A DNA stretch of 64,000 bases from an uncultured Gammaproteobacteria bacterium (GCA_964447765.1 CAYUTO010000004.1:22561-86560), one strand, 5' to 3'; positions 1-9,321 are shown, counted from the first letter of the stretch. Made by a program: numbers and translations. Notes: generated from the sequence alone by a model not told the origin.

Positions 1-122
1 GGACAAAAACACAATCATCCCGACTACCAAGAGAATAACAAATTGCCGAGTAGTGATCGGCCCCAAAATTTTATCCTCTACTTCAATGAATTGTGGGACT
101 ATAAACTGTTGCACATTCCAAT

Positions 123-200
123 GGTAAAAGGTAAAAGGTAAAAGTAAAAAGAAAATACTCGCATTCACAAATCTTTTGCCTTTTTACTTTTTCGTTTTGC
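123..200. repeat. A/T-rich palindromic element with tandem GTAAAAG arms (family B), copy 1
   Basis: ggtaaaaggtaaaaggtaaaagtaaaaag, spacer aaaatactcgcattcacaaat, then cttttgcctttttactttttcgttttgcc. Spacer and arms align with 8441..8530. Confidence 0.6.
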
Positions 201-206
201 CTTATA

Positions 207-1475
207 TTAGTCCATCTGTCCTAATTTCTTATTTACTTCTGCAATCGCAAGATATTCTTCATACGTCAATTCACCACTCTGCAACACTGCAGTAATCGTT
301 AGATTTTTTTCTACTGCTTCAGTTGTTTTTTCAATATATAATTGAAACAATGGACTGGTTCTCCAGCTATCACGTACTTGTAAGTATAGCAAGTATGACT
401 CGTCTTTCCAACCACTAAACTTTGCAACCACCATCTCACCTGCAGTTTTTGGAACTCGTGAGAGTCTACGAAAATCCAGAATACTGAGAGATGCAGATTC
501 TTCAATAGGACCCATCACTGCAGTAACATCTCTGGTAGGTGCAATTTCACGAATAAGTGTCGTAGAATTTGGAATGTGATTGAGTTGTGGTTTTTTCTGT
601 GAGGGAGTAGAAAGTGAAGAACTGAGTGGCGCAGCACTAGGCACCGACGCAGGTCGATGTTGTGGTCGTGGTGCACCGAGTGTAGTAGAATGTGAAATCT
701 CTTCAAATAATTTCATTGCATCCACTTTGGTAAGTCCCAATCCTCCTTCTGACGCGGGTCTCTCTGCATACTGAATAAATTGATACTGATCTCTAATCCC
801 CTTTTTCCATGACAAAATCAACGCATCGGTGCGCGCTTTCAAATCTTTTGGAATTATGACTGAACTAGAGAATGATACCGAAGCAGCCGGAGTATGACTT
901 ACCATCTGTCCTTTTTTTTCACCTATTGCCCGAATCTCAGAATCATCTTCGTCGAGAAGCGACTGGTGATCAGAAGCTTTTCCTCGTGCAGTATCAGCTA
1001 ATTTTGGAGTAATCGGATGCTCAAACACCTTGATTACCGGCGTCGTATTCGTTATATGCGTCTCAGTTTGAACCACAGGAGTGGTTGGTACTACTTTGGG
1101 AGCTACCGATGGTTTTACCATTTCCACCTCTTCTACTAGCGGAATTACACGGCGAGGAGGCTGTGATACTACAGGCTTAGGTGCCTGTGCCATCGGACGC
1201 GCAACTTCCTCTTCTTCAACCAGAGGAATCACTCTGCGCGCAGACTGTTTTAGATCAGATTCAATATTTATCGATTTTTGATTAGTATTTCGAGTCTCTA
1301 ACACCTGAGCAGGTGTTACTTCTTGCTTTTGAGATTCCCTTTGTTCGTTGTTCTTTGTTCGTTGTTCATTGTTCGCCTGTTTTCTTTTTCGAAATTCCTG
1401 AAGAGTAATACGCTCAGTCGTACCATCAGCTTTTTTCACGAGAATCGTAGGTTGTGGTTTCTGTGTATCTGCCAT
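207..1475 (-). CDS. Hypothetical protein (422 aa), Pro/Glu-rich, with an internal duplicated RRVIPLVEE motif; last gene of a three-gene operon
   Basis: Long uninterrupted ORF that abuts the upstream gene; no recognisable catalytic motif. Internal tandem peptide repeat ARRVIPLVEEEEVARP.../PRRVIPLVEEVEMVKP.... Confidence 0.5.
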   Translation of the reverse strand: MADTQKPQPTILVKKADGTTERITLQEFRKRKQANNEQRTKNNEQRESQKQEVTPAQVLETRNTNQKSINIESDLKQSARRVIPLVEEEEVARPMAQAPKPVVSQPPRRVIPLVEEVEMVKPSVAPKVVPTTPVVQTETHITNTTPVIKVFEHPITPKLADTARGKASDHQSLLDEDDSEIRAIGEKKGQMVSHTPAASVSFSSSVIIPKDLKARTDALILSWKKGIRDQYQFIQYAERPASEGGLGLTKVDAMKLFEEISHSTTLGAPRPQHRPASVPSAAPLSSSLSTPSQKKPQLNHIPNSTTLIREIAPTRDVTAVMGPIEESASLSILDFRRLSRVPKTAGEMVVAKFSGWKDESYLLYLQVRDSWRTSPLFQLYIEKTTEAVEKNLTITAVLQSGELTYEEYLAIAEVNKKLGQMD

Positions 1476-1483
1476 AGTACAAA

Positions 1484-2458
1484 CTATTCTTCATTAAGTA
1501 ATTCATCATTCCACACAAATTTTTCCAAATTTTCATCGTAATAATAGAGGTCAAGAATACGAGAATCGTTGTACTCCTCTGAATAATTCTGGAGAATGTC
1601 AAAAACTTCTGCTTCATCTACCATTTTCCCACTCGAAAGATCATCTTGTATTTTATTTTTAATCTCAACAAAATAATTGGTACTAATTTCTGGTTCCGAT
1701 TCCTGTTCTTGTTCTACCTCTCTATCAATTTCCGCATTTTGAATAGTATCACTCGATTGAGATTCTGAAGCTGCTATCGCCATTTTATCAGCATTCAAAG
1801 CCTCTTCAACCAGTCCATAAATATACTCTGGCTTAACACCAATAAGAAAATGAACAAATGAGAAAAATGTGGCAACCGATTCTCGTTTATCAATATCCAA
1901 ACGATCGATATATGCAGGATCAGGTAGTTCTGAAAAAAATATAGTTTCCAATTTTGCCTTGAATTCAGCGACCTCAAGCGAAGGATTATTCATTTGATTG
2001 AGACGTACAATTTCTTGCACAATACTCCGTACTGTCTGAGGTTGATTTTTATATGACCCTACTACCACCTCTGATTCAAATACTGCTTTTCGTATACGAC
2101 CATATTCGGTAATAGCATCAGTCTTATCAGGAAAGCGAAGCCCAAGATACCACAGAGTCTCATCAATCGGTTCAAATTTGAGAATACAAGCCATTACGAG
2201 TTGTTTAGCAAACACATGATTTACCACATCATCAGCATACAACACCCGCACCCGATCACACGCTAATTCAGTAAAAAACCGATACTCCCTCCACCAATAG
2301 CGGTGTATAGTTTCATTCGTTGCATCCTTAAAATTCGCATACAACAATCTCCATAACCCATCTTTGCCAGCAGGATCAAGCATAATCTCCCGAAGTCGCT
2401 CTTCAGTGGTTTTAAAATCATCTTCTTGGAAGATTGTATTTTTCTGAATGGATCGCAT
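1484..2458 (-). CDS. Hypothetical acidic soluble protein (324 aa)
   Basis: ORF tightly packed between the large membrane-protein gene (stop 2462) and the gene at 207..1475. A YADD tetrapeptide is present, but no other reverse-transcriptase motifs. Confidence 0.5.
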   Translation of the reverse strand: MRSIQKNTIFQEDDFKTTEERLREIMLDPAGKDGLWRLLYANFKDATNETIHRYWWREYRFFTELACDRVRVLYADDVVNHVFAKQLVMACILKFEPIDETLWYLGLRFPDKTDAITEYGRIRKAVFESEVVVGSYKNQPQTVRSIVQEIVRLNQMNNPSLEVAEFKAKLETIFFSELPDPAYIDRLDIDKRESVATFFSFVHFLIGVKPEYIYGLVEEALNADKMAIAASESQSSDTIQNAEIDREVEQEQESEPEISTNYFVEIKNKIQDDLSSGKMVDEAEVFDILQNYSEEYNDSRILDLYYYDENLEKFVWNDELLNEE

Positions 2459-2461
2459 ATT

Positions 2462-5400
2462 CTAAGGAATATTCAAAGCTTGAAGTTGCTGATTTAAAAC
2501 TGGGTCATTAGATTGGCGCACCACATCCCTTACATTTGTAACAAAATCCCTCATAGCAATAGAAATTGAATTAAAACCATCTGTTTTCATCGTATTTTGC
2601 ATCTGCTCAAGCGCAGCAAGATACGACCTAATATTATTTGAAGTAACAGAGGCACTATTCCAAGAAGCATGTACAGATTTCATTTTGTCATTTGACATTG
2701 CCCGACCATCCATATTGCGATAAAATTCAGCAATAGAGGGTAATTCATGATCGGAAAAACCATTCATCACCATCTTTCCTGTAGCGTCACGCCTAAGATC
2801 AGCATAACCAGAAATACTATCTGCACTAGAACGAGACGCGAACCAAGCAGTAAGTGTAGGATCGTTATTAGCAACAGAACGCCACTTATACTTCATCTTA
2901 CCAGTAGCCACATCTTCATCAGCATCAATAAGTCCGAGACCACTCGAATCACCCTTCATTGCAGCACTCTTAAGAGCACCTGAAAGGTCTTTAAGAGCCG
3001 ACTGGCGCTGATTATCATCAGTATACATATCATTAAATCGTTGTATTAATACCTTAACAAGCTCCTCTTCACGCTGATCATTGTTCAAAGCTGGAAATTG
3101 TTGTGCCACTTGCTGTCTCAAATCATTAACAACTGCATTATCTAAACCAGTGTGCATCTGTAATCTAACTAATAAACGATTTTTAGCATTGAACTCCTGG
3201 ACACCAAGCTCGTCCATTGCACTAACCTTGGTATCACGCACTGTATCTCCATCTGCTTTTGCAACAAGAGTAGAAAATGCATTTTTCTGTTGTCTTAATT
3301 TAGTTAATTTTTCTGTCTCAGATTGGGAGACAGAACCCCCCGCTCGAATCACTTGTGCCTGTCTAGCTTCCTCATTACTTATTTGTCTAATGAGATATTT
3401 CTCCAATACTTTTTTATCATCATATTGCACATCACCAAACGATTCAGTCAATTTTTTTTCTTTTTCCGCAGCAGCTTTTCTGAGAATTGCCTCAGCTCGA
3501 GGATGATCACCTTGACTTTCATAAACCTGAGCACGTTGCTGTGCTGTCGCGTCGATCTGATCAAGTTCTAGCATTCCTTTAACACTTTCTAATTCTGCCT
3601 TCGCTTTTAATGAGGCTGTGAGTCCCCCAGATGCTAATAATTTCGCAATTTCTCCTAAAAGCAAAATTTCTTTCTCTGAATTTCTCGTATCCTCGATATC
3701 CTTCATCCGAGCCTTACTTTCAGCAATAATACCCTCTCTCTGTCCAAAAGCATAGGATGTTCTCGCTAATCGAGCCTCTGTTTCAGCAGCCCCTTGATCC
3801 AACTGAGCCTTATTTGAACCTTTCACATTTTCCAATTTCTTTTCTGCTGTGGTAGCAAGTTCATTGTACTTCTGGTACTCATCTCTCTCTGCAATGTCTT
3901 TTGTTAAATCTTCATCCCCCACAGCAGCAGCACGTTCTGCAGCAGTAATTGGTCTAAGCAATTCTTCAATTCTTTTCTCTTCATGATAATGATGATCACC
4001 TGCAACTTTTTGCTCAATTTGTTCCGTAATTGGCTTAAGTGTTGCCAATCTTTCTCGTATCTTATGAAATTCATCACTACCTTTATCACGATGCTCCTCC
4101 AAATCATCAGTCTTTTTTGCGATAGCCTGTTTCTCCTCAGTTTTTACAAGTTCCTCAAGATCATGACTTTTTGCTTTGGCACCAGCCAAAACCTTTCTAG
4201 ATTCTGTAAAAGACTTGTCACCTTTCTCCTGCAACCTAAGCCACTCTTCAGCCATTTTTTGTGGCCCCTTCGCAGATTTTGCTTTTTCTGCCTCATCAGC
4301 TTTTACACGTGCTGTTAATTTAATTTCACCACCCTTTGATCGACTTGTTGAAATCTTTGCCTCATGTTCTCGATCAGCCGCTGCTGCAATCTCCGACCAA
4401 TTTTCAGCTCGAGCATCCTTTCGTTTGTCAGACTCAAATATACTGCCATAAAGAGTTTTAGCTGCCCACCACCCAACTTTTCCTGCAACACCCTTTGCCT
4501 CTTCTTGTTTTTTCTCCATATCCTGTATCCTCTCATCACGACGCTGACCACTCTTTGTCTTGAGTGTTTTATACATACCAGCAATTTTTTCACCTTTTCT
4601 CGCCAACGACTTACCACCAATAATAGGGAAATCTGATTTCACTTTATCTACTGCACCACCTACGAGCCATCTACCTGCAGCATATCCCGTCGCGATAGTC
4701 GCTACATTCTTGGTAAAATCAATTGCACCACCCACGAGCCCCGCTCCTGTGGCCCCAGTCTCCTCAGTCTTCTTGATACCTACCCACAAAAAACCAATTC
4801 CAAGAAGGAAACTAGCAAAATTCTCCCAGGTAGAGATTTCAAGTACGGTGACTGATTGTTTCTCACCAGAAGAATTCAATTGAATTACATTCGGACCACT
4901 CTGAATTTCAGAGATAATCTGCCCAGTACCTAGCGTTGCAAATGCCAACCACAAGAAAAAAACCATGATTGGAGCAACAATCACATGCTTACTAAACTCA
5001 CTCCACCATTCAGTAGCATACTTCTCTCCCTTGGGAATCGCGTACAACATGAAAGCAAGAGGTGAGAGAACGATCAATGCCCACAAAACCACGATACGGA
5101 AAATCATGACGACCATGTACGCACCAATGGTGAGCGCTGCCAGAAGAGCAAATATAAAGGCAAGCACAGCTCCAGCAAAGAGTGTGAGACTAGCTACCTC
5201 CCGAGTAGCACCGAGCTCACTCGGAGAATTCTGAGCAAGCTCAAGAATCTTATCCATCTGAAACAAGGTAATCAGATTACCGCCCGCAGTTGCAGAAACT
5301 GCATTGAGGAAGGTAATCGTAAAGATATGAGCAACATCAATCACGAGCTGAGCTATCAAATTACTAAAATTAATCAAAATTGCCATGAGGACAATCTTTA

Positions 5401-5827
5401 CCAATCCATGTTTCCATTCATAACTCTCAAAACCTAAGATGGTCGCAAATGCAATAACAAGTAGACCAACGATAAAGAACATATTCGCAACATCCCGAAC
5501 CATTACCCACCCGAGCTTCACTACACTCACATCAATAAAATTGTTATAACTCGCAAGTGTAATAAATGCACGCAAGAAAAATATCGTCAAAAATATACAA
5601 AGCTTGGATAGTTCAATAAGAATGGTTGCAATCATATCTACCAGACCATTCAATACAGTCTCAACAACAACTGCTTGACTACTTACAAACCCCACACTCA
5701 ATACAGCAACCAATAACACACCAACGCCAAAAACCGGCCACCAAGTCCGTTTTTTGAGCGTATTCGGAAACAGTTTTGTATACGCTTGGCCGACACGAGC
5801 AGATACCCGTGCAAAAAAGCGCGTCAT
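2462..5827 (-). CDS. Large polytopic membrane protein (1121 aa): N-terminal domain with about 7 TM helices, then a roughly 600-aa K/E-rich coiled-coil region and a C-terminal globular domain; VirB6/TrbL-like topology (tentative)
   Basis: Hydrophobic segments in the first roughly 350 aa. A long charged heptad-like region follows (KADEAEKAKSAKG...EELVKTEEKQAIAKK...). No Walker motifs. Confidence 0.55.
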   Translation of the reverse strand: MTRFFARVSARVGQAYTKLFPNTLKKRTWWPVFGVGVLLVAVLSVGFVSSQAVVVETVLNGLVDMIATILIELSKLCIFLTIFFLRAFITLASYNNFIDVSVVKLGWVMVRDVANMFFIVGLLVIAFATILGFESYEWKHGLVKIVLMAILINFSNLIAQLVIDVAHIFTITFLNAVSATAGGNLITLFQMDKILELAQNSPSELGATREVASLTLFAGAVLAFIFALLAALTIGAYMVVMIFRIVVLWALIVLSPLAFMLYAIPKGEKYATEWWSEFSKHVIVAPIMVFFLWLAFATLGTGQIISEIQSGPNVIQLNSSGEKQSVTVLEISTWENFASFLLGIGFLWVGIKKTEETGATGAGLVGGAIDFTKNVATIATGYAAGRWLVGGAVDKVKSDFPIIGGKSLARKGEKIAGMYKTLKTKSGQRRDERIQDMEKKQEEAKGVAGKVGWWAAKTLYGSIFESDKRKDARAENWSEIAAAADREHEAKISTSRSKGGEIKLTARVKADEAEKAKSAKGPQKMAEEWLRLQEKGDKSFTESRKVLAGAKAKSHDLEELVKTEEKQAIAKKTDDLEEHRDKGSDEFHKIRERLATLKPITEQIEQKVAGDHHYHEEKRIEELLRPITAAERAAAVGDEDLTKDIAERDEYQKYNELATTAEKKLENVKGSNKAQLDQGAAETEARLARTSYAFGQREGIIAESKARMKDIEDTRNSEKEILLLGEIAKLLASGGLTASLKAKAELESVKGMLELDQIDATAQQRAQVYESQGDHPRAEAILRKAAAEKEKKLTESFGDVQYDDKKVLEKYLIRQISNEEARQAQVIRAGGSVSQSETEKLTKLRQQKNAFSTLVAKADGDTVRDTKVSAMDELGVQEFNAKNRLLVRLQMHTGLDNAVVNDLRQQVAQQFPALNNDQREEELVKVLIQRFNDMYTDDNQRQSALKDLSGALKSAAMKGDSSGLGLIDADEDVATGKMKYKWRSVANNDPTLTAWFASRSSADSISGYADLRRDATGKMVMNGFSDHELPSIAEFYRNMDGRAMSNDKMKSVHASWNSASVTSNNIRSYLAALEQMQNTMKTDGFNSISIAMRDFVTNVRDVVRQSNDPVLNQQLQALNIP

Positions 5828-5864
5828 GTAGTAAATATTAGAAATACTAAGCGATAGCTAGTAT

Positions 5865-5900
5865 ACCATAAATAAAAACCACACGCTATAAAAACGTGTG
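5865..5900 (-). terminator. Hairpin cacacg/cgtgtg followed by a U-rich tail on the minus strand, downstream of the rsmB-like gene
   Basis: Inverted repeat ccacacgctataaaaacgtgtg with tttttatttatgg on the minus-strand side. Confidence 0.5.
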
Positions 5901-5928
5901 TATGATATATAATTCACTTTTTAAAAGC

Positions 5929-7062
5929 CTATTCAACGACTTTTTTTGTTATTTTAGCAACAAAAAATCCTTCGATCTGGCTATTTGGTAAAATTCTCAA
6001 TACATTTTTTCTAATTGATTCACTAATCACGATATTCTTGAAAGAAGTTGCAATTGGTGCCACTTGAAGCTGAGGTAATACAATAGGTAAAAGCTCTGCC
6101 TCAGGAATCCGCTCAATAAATTTTTGTAACTGGACTTCATTTTCCTCAGGAGCAAAGGTACATGTAGAATACACTAGTACACCGCCCGGTTTCAGCATGT
6201 GCCATGCAGCTCGAAGCAAAATTCGTTGCGTATACGCCATTTCTTTAATTTTTCGTTCACTCCAGTACCCAAAACTCTTGGGATCTGTCGTATCAAACCG
6301 AGCTTCAGCGCTACAAGGTGCATCAAGTAGAATTTTATCAAAATAATTCTCATACTCTCGTGAAAGCTGAGCCCCATGCTCCATCCTAAGTGTGAATTTC
6401 CACCCTCCTGTGTCATTTCGAGCGACCGAGTCTCCGAGGGAGTCGAGAAATCCCTTGTTTAACGTAGAATTGCGGTTATGCAAGGGATCCCTCGATTCGT
6501 CGTGTGCCTCCTCACTCGGGATGACACTGCACGTCACCCCCAAAAGCTCCATATTATGCTTCAGCTTGAAAAAACGGACTTTATTCTTATCATTAGCGAC
6601 CAATTCACCTTTTTTCTCCATCATGGCAGTAATCTGGCTAGTTTTACTCCCAGGAGCTGCAGTAAGATCAAGAACTCTCTCCCCAGGTTTCGGATCCAGC
6701 ACTACCGGCGGAACCATACTAGCAAGGCTCTGAATATACAATTTTCCTTCAGAATAAAGCGACAAATCAGTTAGCTCTCGTTTTGATTTGTTGAGCAATA
6801 CAAAAGCACCGGGGTACCATGCAATTTTTTGAACTTTAAAGCCATTTTGCGACAATATAGGTAAGACCTCCGCTGAATTTGATTTGAGACTATTAATTCG
6901 AAACGTGGTTGGTCTACCAACAAACGTTTTCTCGATTTCACGAAAACGAGAAACACCAAAAATAAGAGAAGCCCGTTCAATAAATTTCTCAGGAAGATCT
7001 TTTCTAAATCCGTTTTTTCCTTTTTTCTTTCTTTTCATAATGCAATAGAACACGGATGACAC
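5929..7062 (-). CDS. rsmB: RNA m5C methyltransferase, NOL1/NOP2/Sun (RsmB/RsmF) family, carrying an in-frame insertion of about 40 aa
   Basis: SAM-binding motif VLDLTAAPGSKT; catalytic motifs DKILLDAPCS and PGGVLVYSTCT. A segment of about 120 nt between conserved motifs corresponds to a palindromic repeat element. Confidence 0.8.
   Translation of the reverse strand: MSSVFYCIMKRKKKGKNGFRKDLPEKFIERASLIFGVSRFREIEKTFVGRPTTFRINSLKSNSAEVLPILSQNGFKVQKIAWYPGAFVLLNKSKRELTDLSLYSEGKLYIQSLASMVPPVVLDPKPGERVLDLTAAPGSKTSQITAMMEKKGELVANDKNKVRFFKLKHNMELLGVTCSVIPSEEAHDESRDPLHNRNSTLNKGFLDSLGDSVARNDTGGWKFTLRMEHGAQLSREYENYFDKILLDAPCSAEARFDTTDPKSFGYWSERKIKEMAYTQRILLRAAWHMLKPGGVLVYSTCTFAPEENEVQLQKFIERIPEAELLPIVLPQLQVAPIATSFKNIVISESIRKNVLRILPNSQIEGFFVAKITKKVVE
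6409..6528. repeat. Structured palindromic element, copy 1 (family A), inserted in frame inside the rsmB-like CDS
   Basis: Nested inverted repeats: tgtgtcatttcgagcga...cgggatgacac (outer) and gagaaatcccttg...caagggatccctc (inner). Homologous to 48675..48791. Visibly G+C-richer than the flanking CDS. Confidence 0.75.
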
Positions 7063-7142
7063 GGAATTGTACAGAATGAAAACAGAATTAATTCGGTCTT
7101 TATTCCGTCAAATTCGTTCAATCCGCGTTCCATTATTAATAT

Positions 7143-8438
7143 TTACGGACGTACACGATTTACCAATCGAGGAAATGGAATACATTCACGGATATGCTCA
7201 ACCCCACTCATCCAGCGGACCATACGTTCAACTCCAATTCCAAATCCAGAATGCGGTACACTGCCATATTTTCGAAGATCGGTATACCATGCGTATTCAC
7301 TCTCAGGTAATTGTTCTTCACGTATTCGCTCAAGCAATAAATCAAAATTATCTTCACGCTGAGATCCTCCAATAATTTCACCAGACCCTTCAATTCCAAT
7401 CAAATCATTATTCAATACTCTGGTCGGGTCGGTTGGGTCAAGCTTCATGTAAAATGGCTTAATACTCTTTGGCCATTTGTGAATAAACACAGGAACCAGA
7501 CTATCTTTGGTAAGTAGTGCTTCGTCATCATTACCCAAATCTTCACCATGTTTGATATCACTCCCCCGTTCTTGTAGCCATGGAATCGATTCTTCGTAAG
7601 TAAGTTTTACAAACGGTAACTCTACCATTTTACGAATTGGTTCTGGATCTCTTTCAAGAATAGCAAACTCTTCCGTGCATTTCTCTAAACATGCGCGAGC
7701 AATAAATTTCACCAGACCTTCCTGAATATTCATATTTTCCTCATGTTCAACAAATGCAGCTTCAGCATCCATCATCCAAAATTCAGTGAGGTGGCGTTTG
7801 GTAACAGATTTTTCTGCACGAAACACCGGCCCAAAATCATAGCAGCGACCCACACTCGCAATCGCAGCTTCAATATAGAGCTGACCCGATTGTGACAAAT
7901 ACGCTTCACCCAAATCAAAATACGGAACCGGGAAAAGTGTAGTTGTTCCTTCACACGCATTGGGAGTAAAAATCGGTGAATCTGTTCGTATAAATTTTTC
8001 TTGATGTAGATACTCATTAATCGCCGTTTCTACTACATCTCGGATACGAAGTATTGCCCATTGTTTTTTGCTTCTAATCCACAAATGTCTATTTTCAAGA
8101 AGAAAATCAGGACCATGTTCTTTGTGGGCAATAGGATATTCCACTGCTTTATGAATGAGTGTAGCATTCTCAATTGCGAGCTCATACACACCTGGTTTTT
8201 TTGGGTGTTCTTTTACCATTCCAATAACATCAACTGACGACTCCTGAGTTGCATCAGTAAGTGCTTTCCATGATGTAGTATCAACATCTTTTTCTGAAGC
8301 CACACACTGAATAAATCCCGTACCATCACGTACTTCAACGAATGTTATCGAACCTGAAGAACGACTGTTATACACCCAACCTTTTATTTGAACAGATTGA
8401 CCGACATGTGCTTTGGCATCAGAAATGAAAATTTTCAT
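7143..8438 (-). CDS. asnS: Asparaginyl-tRNA synthetase (class II aaRS)
   Basis: N-terminal OB-fold anticodon-binding region. Class II motifs FRAE..., GSGEIIGGSQRE and GFGIGVERMVRWM. The start was trimmed to the ATG at 8438; the ORF-track N-terminal extension begins at a TTG. Confidence 0.8.
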   Translation of the reverse strand: MKIFISDAKAHVGQSVQIKGWVYNSRSSGSITFVEVRDGTGFIQCVASEKDVDTTSWKALTDATQESSVDVIGMVKEHPKKPGVYELAIENATLIHKAVEYPIAHKEHGPDFLLENRHLWIRSKKQWAILRIRDVVETAINEYLHQEKFIRTDSPIFTPNACEGTTTLFPVPYFDLGEAYLSQSGQLYIEAAIASVGRCYDFGPVFRAEKSVTKRHLTEFWMMDAEAAFVEHEENMNIQEGLVKFIARACLEKCTEEFAILERDPEPIRKMVELPFVKLTYEESIPWLQERGSDIKHGEDLGNDDEALLTKDSLVPVFIHKWPKSIKPFYMKLDPTDPTRVLNNDLIGIEGSGEIIGGSQREDNFDLLLERIREEQLPESEYAWYTDLRKYGSVPHSGFGIGVERMVRWMSGVEHIRECIPFPRLVNRVRP

Positions 8439-8440
8439 AG

Positions 8441-8530
8441 ATAAAGTAAAAAGTAAAAACGAAAAAGTAAAAAGAAAAATGCTCAATCCACGTATTTTCT
8501 TTTTACTTTTGAGCTTTACCCTTTGACTTC
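8441..8530. repeat. A/T-rich palindromic element with tandem GTAAAAA-type arms (family B), copy 2
   Basis: Arm aagtaaaaagtaaaaacgaaaaagtaaaaag, spacer aaaaatgctcaatccacgtatt, inverted arm tttctttttacttttga. Homologous to 123..200. Confidence 0.6.
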
Positions 8531-8557
8531 AGGACTATCCTACTTCATTTTAAGCCT

Positions 8558-9313
8558 CTACGCAAGCTTACCCGAGGTGACTTCTTCCTGAAGGCACGTA
8601 TGCGCCCAATTCCCTATTTTTGCCTCAGCCTGGTACTGGAGATGACCTACCAAAAGACTATGTACCCCAGGAGTAAACGGGGTGCCTTCTCCGAGCACGA
8701 GGGGACTCCCCGATGAAAGACGAGCCAAATCATGGATCGTTTGAGGGGTAACACGAAATAAAGTCTCACCCTCAATATTCTTCGCGGAACACGAAGAACA
8801 TACTACTCCCCCACCTGAAAAAGACCAAAAACCTAGATTATCAACACTTCCACACCTGATGCATACGGAATACGTAGGCTCAAATCCAATAGCGCCCATA
8901 AGTTTCAACATAAACCAATCAAGGAAACGGCAATCAAAAACATCAGTGGCACTATCAAACATCTGTAACCATTCGGAAAATAAATCAAAAACTCCATGTT
9001 CTAAATTTCCAGGTCGTGTGAGACGATAAAGCGCATGTGACGCAAATTCTGCCTGAAGACTTTTGACATAGTGAGTTCGTACATGAGGAAAAAATTCAAT
9101 TGCACTCACCGTAGTCAAAATCATCATTTCCTTCCCTTGTACGGAATCAAATGACACATGGGAAAAAGGTTCTAAATGAGGAGAAAGTTTACTCGTAATT
9201 TTTTTGACACTTTTTGCAAGTACATCGACCCGACCGAAATCTCTGGTAATAAAAGATATTACTTCATCATGTTCACGTAATGAAGTTCGGGTAAGCACGA
9301 TCCCCTCGGGCAT
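8558..9313 (-). CDS. recO: DNA repair protein RecO
   Basis: N-terminal OB-fold region. C-terminal Cys4 zinc motif CIRCG...CSSC typical of RecO. Length 251 aa. Confidence 0.8.
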   Translation of the reverse strand: MPEGIVLTRTSLREHDEVISFITRDFGRVDVLAKSVKKITSKLSPHLEPFSHVSFDSVQGKEMMILTTVSAIEFFPHVRTHYVKSLQAEFASHALYRLTRPGNLEHGVFDLFSEWLQMFDSATDVFDCRFLDWFMLKLMGAIGFEPTYSVCIRCGSVDNLGFWSFSGGGVVCSSCSAKNIEGETLFRVTPQTIHDLARLSSGSPLVLGEGTPFTPGVHSLLVGHLQYQAEAKIGNWAHTCLQEEVTSGKLA

Positions 9314-9321
9314 AGTAGAAA

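Noticed and set aside
1484-2458. YADD tetrapeptide (LYADDVV) reminiscent of reverse-transcriptase motif C, raising the possibility of a retron or DGR reverse transcriptase
   Set aside because: No other RT motifs (motif A D-x-x-x-F/Y, motif B' QG...SP) and no thumb domain; the rest of the protein is unrelated. Most likely coincidence.
3081-4883. Multiple 80-140 aa plus-strand ORFs inside the large membrane-protein gene, and similar antisense ORFs inside fusA, rpsC, the 16S region and elsewhere
   Set aside because: They are antisense to long, well-supported genes or rRNA, have biased low-complexity composition and lack SD signals. They are typical spurious frames.
7143-8486. N-terminal extensions of several track ORFs (asnS from a TTG at 8486; rpsE, rplP, rpsZ, rlmH and the M50 protease from upstream alternative starts)
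   Set aside because: The extensions overlap upstream genes or add non-conserved hydrophobic peptides. The conserved protein N-termini begin at internal ATG codons (8438, 15122, 18937, 16708, 46676, 37677).
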